A program made the translations under genes and the position numbers. Shown one piece after another: positions 48,964 through 64,000 of a stretch of DNA of 64,000 nucleotides. Under the pieces are notes generated by a model. It was not told the origin of the DNA. It was given only the letters and a program-made list of their open reading frames with translations, and ran no database searches. Source of the DNA: Dictyostelium discoideum (taxonomy: Eukaryota); NCBI GenBank assembly GCA_000004695.1, contig CM000155.2, positions 1-64,000 of the forward strand, written 5' to 3'. Numbering within the stretch: the first letter of the stretch is position 1; each line of letters opens with the position of its first letter.

Positions 48964-49485
48964 CTCAGGATTACAATTCAAAAAAAAAAAAAAAAAAATA
49001 ATTTTTGAAAACTTTTTTAAATCTTAAATAGGATTTCTGACCATCAATTTAAAAAATTATCAGTAAATAAACAATAACCCTTATTAAAAATTTATTAATT
49101 TGTTAACAACTATCTCAATTGATTCATATAGTCAAAATCGATTGAAATTTGTTCTTTAACTTTTTTGTTTTTTTTTTTTTTTTTTCCATTTCCAAATTTT
49201 TTTTAAATCTATAATTATTGAGGTGTAGGATAAGTTTAACAATTTATTTATATTTTTGTTTTCTATTAATGAAACTAAAAATGAAAATATCACGAGTTGA
49301 AAAACACTCCCCACTTACACTGGATATTTTACAATTATTCCAAAGTATCATTTGAATATATAATTTAAATTTTTATAAAAATTTATTAATATTATCATAC
49401 AAAAACAATTAAATTAATTTTATTATTTTATTATTTTATTATTTTTATTTCTTTTTATTTATTTATTTATTATATATTATAAAAT

Positions 49486-50690
49486 TTATTCTTGTGGAGG
49501 TTGTTGATCACAAAATTGATGCCAATGTACTTTTTTATTTTCAACATCAATTTTCCAACGTTGATAATATTCAGTTAAAATGGTAGTATTAGCAATGGTA
49601 TATTTATCGATTTCAGCAAATTGTGGTTCAGAGAGATCAGGAGTATTCTCTAAAGGCCAACGTAAGATGTATTTTAAACGTTCAACCGATTTTTGCATAT
49701 CTAAATAGTATTGTTTATTATCTTCCCAGAATTTTGGAGATTTTGGACGAGAGTAATAGTGAAAACAAACGTTGAGAGTTGGAGCAAAGAATCTAAATCC
49801 AGCTGAATACATTCTAACACTGTATAGAATTTCTTCACCTTCGAATAGATTTGAAAGATGAGGATCAAATGGTACCAATTTAATTGCTTCACCAGAGGTG
49901 AAAAAGAAACCAGCGGCAATGTAAGGACATTCGGCAGGCTTAGTTGTTGCCTTTAGGATGAATGAATTGAAGGTGATGATACCACGAGAATTGAATTCAC
50001 CTTTACATAATCTTGGTACACCTGTTTGATCAATCACTGGTAAACCACTATCTTCAACATTGTAAGCCATTGGATAATGAGTTAATACGGTACGTGGTAT
50101 ACCATTTTCACCAATAGGTGCGTATGATTTTGTCAACCAAAGATCATTGATAATCAATGAATCCCAACCTTTAATAAAACGTAGATGACTATCGACTTGC
50201 ATGAAATATGTCTCATTGTTGTAGAGGGTTGTTGCATAATAACGTGCTAATGTTGGTCCTTTCGATTGTGCCACTGTCAATGCTATTCTTCTAACATTTG
50301 ATTGTATCAATTCGGGTGCTACCTTTAACCCCCTATAACAGTATGAATTTGGAAATGATGGATCTTGATTTGGATCTTCCTCTAAAAACTCTGATCCTTG
50401 ATCTACTATACCAATGAATATTTTCTCTGGTCGATTGGCATGATTAAATATATAATTTATAGTGTCTGAACAAAATACATCCCTATATGCTGCTAATGAT
50501 ACAAATATGGTTGGATCTATCTCTTCTCCTACCACATTCCTATTTATTCCTCCTGATATTCCACCATTTACTGAATTTTTTACATCTCTTTCTGTTAATT
50601 TTGAATCGATTCTAAAATAATAATTCATTTGAAATATTAAAACTATAATTAAAACCGCTCCAACAGCTGAATAAAAAAAAAAAATAAAAA
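49486..50690 (-). CDS. Glycosyltransferase, GlcNAc-transferase-like (GT-A fold) type II membrane protein. The main exon is given; the true 5' exon with the initiator Met probably lies upstream beyond a T-rich intron.
   Basis: ORF 49486..50628 (FVSLAAYRD..C..TINYIF.HA..P.KIFIGIVDQ...MQVDSHLRF). The frame stays open upstream through a hydrophobic anchor (...SAVGAVLIIVLIFQ) into poly-T. Confidence 0.5.
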
Positions 50691-51802
50691 AAAAATAAAT
50701 AAAAAAAAAATATATATATATTAATTAATATTTTTATTATTATTATTATTTATTTATAATTTATTATTTATTATTATTAAAGTTGAATTAAAACATACTA
50801 TAAATGAAAGGTTTCTTTGAAACTACCATTTTTTATAACTGTTTATATTTATTGCTATTATGTTATTTTTTTTATATCTTAATTTTATTTTTATTTATTT
50901 ATAGGTTTTTTTTTTTTTTTCTTTTATTGGCTTTTCATTATCAATTAACTATCTATCTGAATAAATTTATTTTTAATTTTTTGTGCGAATGATAATTATA
51001 AAACAAAAAAAAAAAAAAAAAACCAAAAATAAAAAAAAAAATAAAAAAAAAAAATTAAATTAAAAAAAAAAAAAAAAAAAAAATTAAATTAAAAAAAAAA
51101 AAATAAAATTTTATTGCAAACAAAGCGATTTATGTGTGAATTAAAAAAAAAAAAAAAAGGGGTTTAAGTTTACAAAATTAATATTTATTAACAATTTTGG
51201 TGTTGATTTTTTGTTTGTATATTCACAAAACCTTATCATTGTTTATTATTTTTTGAGACATTATTCTTGGATTTAAATTTTTTTTTTTTTTTTTTTGTTA
51301 TCATTAGTGTCGAGGCAATTAAAAAAAAAAATTGTAACCCTTAAAGATTTCTTTTTATTTTTATGAAATTACTTTGATTTTAAATTAATAGTATCAAATG
51401 GTTAATAATTGTAACCCTCAATGATTTCTTTTTATTTTTTTTTTAATTTTTTTTATTTTTTAATTTTTTTTTTTAAAAAACAATTCCCAGAGACACGAAT
51501 AGCGCCACATTTTTTTTTTTAAAATTTTTTTTTTTAATTTTTTTTTTTTATTTTTTATTTTTTTTATTTTTTATTTTTTATTTTTTTTTTTTTATTAATT
51601 ATCATACCCACCAACCTTTTACAAATAATATTATGATAAATTATCTTTTCAAATAGATTTAATGAAATAATAATAATAATAATTAATAATTGTAATAATA
51701 GAAAAAAATAAATAAAAAAATAAATTTTAAATAAAAAAAAAAAGTAAAAAATAATATTTATTATTCTTTGTCAAACACAAACCCGAAATTTCATAAAATA
51801 CA

Positions 51803-51955
51803 ATGGAAGATAAAGAAGATGTCGAGAATGTAGATGACGTTGGCTATTTACCAATTTTATTTTTATATATAGCATATGCATTTATCATTTTTAATGGTAA
51901 ACTAGCAGAATTTATTGGTAAATTAAAGGGTGAAAGATATTTACATACACCAGAG
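51803..51955 (+). CDS. sptB: Serine palmitoyltransferase subunit 2 (LCB2), exon 1
   Basis: MEDKEDVENVDDVGYLPILFLYIAYAFIIFNGKLAEFIGKLKGERYLHTPE, then GTATAT. Confidence 0.7.
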
Positions 51956-51972
51956 GTATATATATTTTATAG

Positions 51973-52012
<40 letters not shown>

Positions 52013-52156
52013 TTTTTTTTTTTTTTTTTTTTTTTTCTTCTCTGTAATTCCTTTTTAATTTTAAATTATTAATAAATTAATTTATTTTTTTTTTATTTTT
52101 TATTTTTTTTTTTTATTTTTTATTTTTTTTTTTTATATATATATATATATATATAG

Positions 52157-53476
52157 GGATATGCACCTTTATTTGTTGAATTTGAATATTTTTATCAAAG
52201 ACGTATGTATGGTAGAATTAAAGATGCATGGGATAGACCAATCAATAGTATAGCAGGAGCATGGATTGATGTTATGCCAAGAGCTAGTAAACATTATTCT
52301 CAACGTTTAGAGTTAACAGGAGGAAAGACAATCAAATGTTTGAATTTAGGAAGTTATAATTATTTAGGATTTGCACAAAATGAAGGACCAGTAGCAGACA
52401 AAGTGATCGATAGTATCTATAAATATGGTGTTTACACTGGTAGCACGAGTGCAGAGGTAGGATTAAGTGAACCACAAAGAGATTTGGAGAATTTAACAGC
52501 TCGTTTCGTTGGAAAAGAGGATGCAATCGTATTTGAAATGGGATTTGCAACCAACTCTGGTACATTACCAGCATTGATTGGTAAGGGTGGTTTAATCATT
52601 AGTGATTCATTGAATCATGCATCATTGGCCACCGGTTGTAAGAATACAGGTTGTAAAGTTAAGGTATTTCGTCATAACGATTCCAAACATTTGGAAGAGG
52701 TCATTAGAGAGTCAATCATTCAAGGTCAACCACGTACTCATCGTCCATGGACTATGATTTTAATCATTATTGAAGGTATCTACTCTATGGAGGGTGAGGT
52801 TGCAAATCTTCCAGAGATTCTTGCCATCAAAAAGAAGTACAAATGTTACCTCTACATCGATGAGGCTCATTCAATTGGTGCCCTTGGTAAAACGGGTCGT
52901 GGTATCGTCGATTACTATGGTATCGATCCAAAGGAGATCGATATCCTTATGGGTACTTACACAAAATCATTTGGTGCAATCGGTGGTTATGTTGCAAGTG
53001 ATAAATCTTTGATCGATCATCTTCGTCAATCTTCTTTCTCTCAAGTTTATGCAAATAGTATGAGTCCAGTTTGCGCTGTGCAAGCTTTGGAGGCTTTACG
53101 TGTTATCATGGGTGAAGATGGTACTGACACTGGTGCAAAGAAATTAAAACAATTACATGACAATTCAAATTACTTTAGAGAGAAAATTCGTGAAATGGGT
53201 TTCGTTATCTTGGGTAATAAAGACTCTCCAGTCATTCCTTTGATGTTATTTAATCCTGCTAAATTATCGGCTTTCTCCCGTCTTTGTCTAGAGAAACATA
53301 TTGCTGTCGTTGTCGTTGGTTATCCTGCTACACCTTTAACTGAACCACGTACTCGTTTCTGTATTTCAGCTTCTCATACCATTGAAGATTTGGATTGGGC
53401 ACTTCGTCAAATTGATGAGATTGGTGATCTTATCACTTTGAAATTCCATAAAGGAAAATATTTAAAAAGTAAATAA
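52157..53476 (+). CDS. sptB: Serine palmitoyltransferase subunit 2, exon 2 (PLP-dependent aminotransferase class II core)
   Basis: 3' splice site atatag|g. GYAPLFVEFEYFYQRRMYGRIKDAWDRPINS...LNLGSYNYLGF...GTYTKSFGAIGGYVA (Lys-PLP site region). Confidence 0.8.
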   Translation, partial: GYAPLFVEFEYFYQRRMYGRIKDAWDRPINSIAGAWIDVMPRASKHYSQRLELTGGKTIKCLNLGSYNYLGFAQNEGPVADKVIDSIYKYGVYTGSTSAEVGLSEPQRDLENLTARFVGKEDAIVFEMGFATNSGTLPALIGKGGLIISDSLNHASLATGCKNTGCKVKVFRHNDSKHLEEVIRESIIQGQPRTHRPWTMILIIIEGIYSMEGEVANLPEILAIKKKYKCYLYIDEAHSIGALGKTGRGIVDYYGIDPKEIDILMGTYTKSFGAIGGYVASDKSLIDHLRQSSFSQVYANSMSPVCAVQALEALRVIMGEDGTDTGAKKLKQLHDNSNYFREKIREMGFVILGNKDSPVIPLMLFNPAKLSAFSRLCLEKHIAVVVVGYPATPLTEPRTRFCISASHTIEDLDWALRQIDEIGDLITLKFHKGKYLKSK

Positions 53477-53774
53477 ATAAAATAAAAAAAAAAAATAAAA
53501 AAAAATTAAAAAAATTAAAAAAAATAAAATAAAATATATTTTTTTTCTTTTATTTATAGTTTTTAAATTCCAAAATTTTCAATCTTTGTATTTAAATAGA
53601 AATTGTATACGCTCTTTTAAAATAAAAAAAAATAATTCCAAAAAAAGTTAAAAACACCTAAAACAATTTTGGAAATATCTTTTTTTTTAGCAAAGAGCTT
53701 AAAAAAAAAAAAAATTTCTTTTTTTTTTTTTTCATTTTTTCAAATATTTTTTTTTTATTTCCAAAAACACAAAT

Positions 53775-53922
53775 ATGAGTAATCAAAAATCTTTAGAAAC
53801 TTTAAATTTATATACACTTTCAAAAACAACAGCAGAAAATTTTATTCAAAGGAATTTGTCAAATGATAGAAGAAATTTAGATAGTCAAGATTTTGAATAT
53901 TCAATAAAATATATATTAAATT
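53775..53922 (+). CDS. N-rich hypothetical protein (about 760 aa), exon 1
   Basis: MSNQKSLETLNLYTLSKTTAENFIQRNLSNDRRNLDSQDFEYSIKYIL, then t|GTAATT. Confidence 0.4.
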
Positions 53923-53996
53923 GTAATTATTTAAAATTTTTTTTTTTTTTTTTCTTTTTTTTTAACTAAAGTTTTTTTTTTTTTTTTTTTTTAAAG

Positions 53997-56128
<2,132 letters not shown>

Positions 56129-56192
56129 AATAAAAAATAAAATAATCACAGAAAATTCATTAACCTATTTTTTGTGTTCGAAAATATCTTCG

Positions 56193-56233
<41 letters not shown>

Positions 56234-56713
56234 AATATATAAATAAAAATATATCCACTAAAAATGTTATCTTTTTAAAAAATAGATAAAATGAGATAAT
56301 TATTAATTTTTAATTAATTATTTTATTTTATTAAAAATTTTATAAAATTATTAATTTAATATTTATTTGTATTAAAATTTGTTTGTGCACATAAATAAAA
56401 TAAAAAAAAAAAAAAAAAACCCCGACTAAATTTAATAGTTCGACTTGAATTTTCTGTTTTTTTCAACTATCTTTAAAACAAAAAAAAAAAAAAAAAAAAA
56501 AAAAGAACAGTTACATTTTTTTTATATTATTTTGTGTATTTTGATTGTTCATACATTATTGGAATAAAAAAAATTAAAATCATTGTTTCCAAACCAATTT
56601 TTTTATTTTTTTATAAAAATATAAATTATTTATATAATTTATTTACTCATTGTTCTTCAAAATAAAAAAATGATTACAAAAAATGTAAATTAATTCTTAA
56701 AATAAAATTTTTG

Positions 56714-56747
<34 letters not shown>

Positions 56748-57344
56748 ATTACATTCATTTTTTAATATTTTATATCATTTTGTGTATTTTTGGGTGTTCT
56801 ATTTTTACTAAATCCATATAAAAAATAAAAAAAATTAATCATTGTTAAAAAATTAAAAGTAATTGAAAAATAAAATGAAAAAAATGAAAAAATATTTTTT
56901 TTTGTTTTTTTTTTTTTTGTTTTTAAAGAAGATTAGGTTAGATATTTATGTGGGGTTGTACTTTTATAAAATATTTTAAATTTTTTTTTTTTTTTTTTTT
57001 TTTTTTTGTTTTTTATTTTTTTGATTTGTTTTTTTTAATGTAACCCTGGCACCACCACACACTTTGTGAGAAAAAAAAAAAAAAAAAAGAAAAAAAAATA
57101 AATTAAAAAAAAAAAAAATTCATAAATGTTTTGATAAGAAAAACATATAATACAATATATTTTTATCAATTTTATTTATATCGTTTTTTTTTTTTTTTTT
57201 ATTGTTTTAAAAATAAAAAAATAAAAAAAAAATAAAAAAAAAGAAAAACAAAAGAAATAGAAAAGTAGAAGAAAAATAAAGAAAGAAAAGAAGAAGAAAG
57301 GAAAAAAAAAAAAATATTTAGTGTGCATATATAGATTTATGTAA

Positions 57345-57604
57345 ATGACATTTGTATGGAAGGATTTCTTAAATGAAAATGTTACATTTTATCATGCGGC
57401 AATTGTAATAGGACTAATTTTATGTGTTGTAACAGTTATAATGACCTCACATCTTATTTATAAACACTTTAAATATTATTGTCAACCGGATCACCAACGT
57501 TATATTGTTAGAATCATATTCATGATTCCTATTTATAGTATATTCACAATTCTTTCAATCATTTTTCATCAATACGAAATTTATTTTGCTTTAGCAAGAG
57601 ACTG
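57345..57604 (+). CDS. TMEM184 / Ost-alpha family membrane protein, exon 1
   Basis: MTFVWKDFLNENVTFYHAAIVIGLILCVVTVIMTSHLIYKHFKYYCQPDHQRYIVRIIFMIPIYSIF...ALARD(W/C), then GTATGT. Confidence 0.6.
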
Positions 57605-57684
57605 GTATGTTTTTTTTTATTATTTTTATTATTATTTTTGTATTTTATTATTAATTTGTTTACAAACATTATTTATTTTAATAG

Positions 57685-57831
57685 TTATGAGTCTTATGTA
57701 ATTTATAGTTTTTTTGCATTATTAATTAGTTATGGCGGAGGTGATAGTAATTTGGTAACACATTTTATTGCACACGAACCAGTATCATTAAGTCCATTCA
57801 AACAAATAGAATATTTATATAAACCTAGCGA
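57685..57831 (+). CDS. TMEM184 family protein, exon 2 (the 3' boundary is uncertain)
   Basis: (C)YESYVIYSFFALLISYGGGDSNLV... matches the conserved RDCYEAFVIYNF motif of TMEM184. Confidence 0.5.
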
Positions 57832-57917
57832 GTATGATAGTTTATAATTATTTCTTATTAAAAAAAAAAAAAAAAAAAAAAAAATTTATTATTAATCGGT
57901 TAATTACAATTTTATAG

Positions 57918-58119
57918 AAAATTTTTACAAATTAGTAGAATATTTATTTTACAATATGTTATTATAAAACCATTGATGGCAATTTTAGTTATTATTTTAA
58001 CTGTTTACAATAGACAGGGTAATAGTTTCATGCAATTTAATACCTTATACCCATATAATATGACAATTACTTTTGTGTCTGTTGGTTTAGCTTTATATTT
58101 TGTAATGTTGTTTTTAAAG
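57918..58119 (+). CDS. TMEM184 family protein, exon 3
   Basis: KFLQISRIFILQYVIIKPLMAILVIILTVYNRQG...ITFVSVGLALYFVMLFLK, then GTATTT (compare human [20 protein letters not shown]). Confidence 0.55.
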
Positions 58120-58205
58120 GTATTTATTGCTTTTTTTAGTTTATATAATTTTATAATTTTATTTTCATATTTATTAATAAATAATTCATTATTATTATTT
58201 ATTAG

Positions 58206-58376
58206 ATATCTCACGATGAAGTATCACCATTCAAACCAGTTTTAAAGTTTTTATCAATCAAAATTTTAATTGGACTCATTTTTTGGCAATATATGGCATT
58301 AATTGCTTTGGATTATTTTGGTATGATACCAGAATCCCACGAATTTGATAGTGATGAACTTCTTGTTTTTATTTGT
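58206..58376 (+). CDS. TMEM184 family protein, exon 4
   Basis: ISHDEVSPFKPVLKFLSIKILIGLIFWQYMALIALDYFGMIPE...LLVFIC, then GTATGT. Confidence 0.5.
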
Positions 58377-58486
58377 GTATGTAAAAAAAAAAAAAAAAAA
58401 AATGATTTTAAAAAAAAAAAAAAAATGATTTTAAAAAAAAAAAGAAAACCTAGTACTAATAATATTTTCCAATTATATATATATAG

Positions 58487-59218
58487 AATTGTTTAATTTT
58501 AATAGAAATGTTATTTTGTGCTATATTACATTTTTATGCGTACCCATATGAATTATATAGGGTGATGACATTAAATTCAGCACCATTATTAGAGAAAAAT
58601 TTCCATAAGGTTGGTTCAATATTTAATAATGTGGCACATTCAATTAAACAAACTGATATGATTGAAGAAACAATTAAATCTATAAAGGGTACAAATATTT
58701 ATAAAAAAGATAAAAGTAAAGGAAAAGGTAAAGGTAAAAATGAAAATTATGATGGTTTAGGTGATGATGAACAATATGATGAAGACTTTGATATAGCTCC
58801 AATTGAAATGGGTGAATTTCAAAAACCACAACAATATAATGATAAATCTGCAATTATCGATTTTGATGTTAATAATGATAAACAACACCAAAATGATTAT
58901 AATTACGATATTAATGGCGGCGGTGGTGGTGGTGTTGATGATGAATACGAACTTGATCAATATATAGATCAATATATTGATGATTTTGAAAAAGATCCTG
59001 ACATCATCAATATCATTAATTCTAGTGTAAATAATAAAAATAATATCACTTCAATTGGTGTTCATAGTGGAAATGAATATAATAAATACTCAAACGATGA
59101 TAGTTACTTAACTGATGATTTCTTCTTTTCAATGATGTCAAATATTAAATCAAATAATAATAATAATATCGAACAATATAATGAAAATGATGCCGATAAT
59201 CATGGACCCATGGTTTAA
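58487..59218 (+). CDS. TMEM184 family protein, exon 5 (last TM segment and acidic/N-rich tail)
   Basis: NCLILIEMLFCAILHFYAYPYELYRV... to the stop at 59218. Confidence 0.5.
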   Translation, partial: NCLILIEMLFCAILHFYAYPYELYRVMTLNSAPLLEKNFHKVGSIFNNVAHSIKQTDMIEETIKSIKGTNIYKKDKSKGKGKGKNENYDGLGDDEQYDEDFDIAPIEMGEFQKPQQYNDKSAIIDFDVNNDKQHQNDYNYDINGGGGGGVDDEYELDQYIDQYIDDFEKDPDIINIINSSVNNKNNITSIGVHSGNEYNKYSNDDSYLTDDFFFSMMSNIKSNNNNNIEQYNENDADNHGPMV

Positions 59219-59479
59219 ATTTAAAGATAAAATTTAAAATAAATTTATTTCCCTAAATTTTAAAATTTTTTTTTTTTTATAACTTTTTTAAAAAACCCCC
59301 CATCCCCAATTCAATATTAATCATTAAATTTAATTATTTTTTTTTTTTAAAAAAAAAAAAAAACAGGGACACCTCTTTTTAATTTCTATTTTTAGTTTTT
59401 TTTATTTCCCTTTTAATGATTGTTCACTGATTTTAATTTGATAAAAATAAAATGATACTTTTGCAACATCATCATTTTT

Positions 59480-59518
<39 letters not shown>

Positions 59519-59611
59519 GTTTTTTTTTTTTTTTTTTTTTCGGTTAGGCAAACTAATTTTGTTTGTCAGTTACATTGTTTTCAAAAGCTAATTCAAATTT
59601 AATATGTAATA

Positions 59612-63790
<4,179 letters not shown>

Positions 63791-64000
63791 AAAAATAAAA
63801 AAAAATAAAAAAAAATAAAACAAAAAGAAGTAAAAACCTAAATCTCACCGATTCCATCTAATTTTTTTTTTTTATTTTTATTTTTATTTTTATTTTTAAT
63901 TTTTTTTTTAATTTTTTTTGTAGTTTTTTGGTTTTTTTTTCACAAAATTTTTTTTTTTTTTTTTCCAACGGCCATTAGGTTGTCAGTATTGTTTGATAAA

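Overview
This is a eukaryotic window that looks like Dictyostelium discoideum. The evidence is about 75-80% A+T, in-frame (AAT)n and (CAA)n codon tracts, short AT-rich GT..AG introns, and DIRS-1-like and Skipper-like retroelement sequences. The window has two parts.

(1) Positions 1 to about 18500 are a repeat nest with two assembly gaps. It holds two head-to-head internally deleted DIRS-like elements and a Ty3/gypsy integrase-chromodomain fragment. It also holds a DIRS tyrosine-recombinase fragment and a previously unrecognised family of TIR DNA elements. Their terminal 29 bp are 'CACAGCAAAGAAAAATGCACCTTTAAAGC', which is reminiscent of CACTA/En-Spm termini. The family includes two complete MITE-like copies and several fragments. 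One composite copy has 1.08-kb inverted arms around a 446-aa zinc-finger gene. Three independent instances have a gene 3' end that reads into the terminal repeat, so the last codons and the stop are made of TIR sequence.

(2) Positions 18900-64000 are a gene-dense arm with about 22 protein-coding genes, most with 0-4 short introns. The genes include:
- a FAF1-like UBX protein
- a DCC/DUF393 oxidoreductase
- an RNI-type LRR protein
- a bacterial-type glyoxalase I
- a WH2+3xLIM protein
- a STE20 kinase
- Spg1/Tem1 GTPase
- eIF2B-beta
- D-Tyr-tRNA deacylase
- mucolipin
- a SLOG-fold protein
- an MFS transporter
- a Cys-less glutaredoxin-fold protein
- a GlcNAc-transferase-like GT
- serine palmitoyltransferase subunit 2
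- TMEM184
- several N/Q-rich orphan proteins

No intact tRNA, rRNA or CRISPR was seen. All exon boundaries were derived by eye and are approximate.
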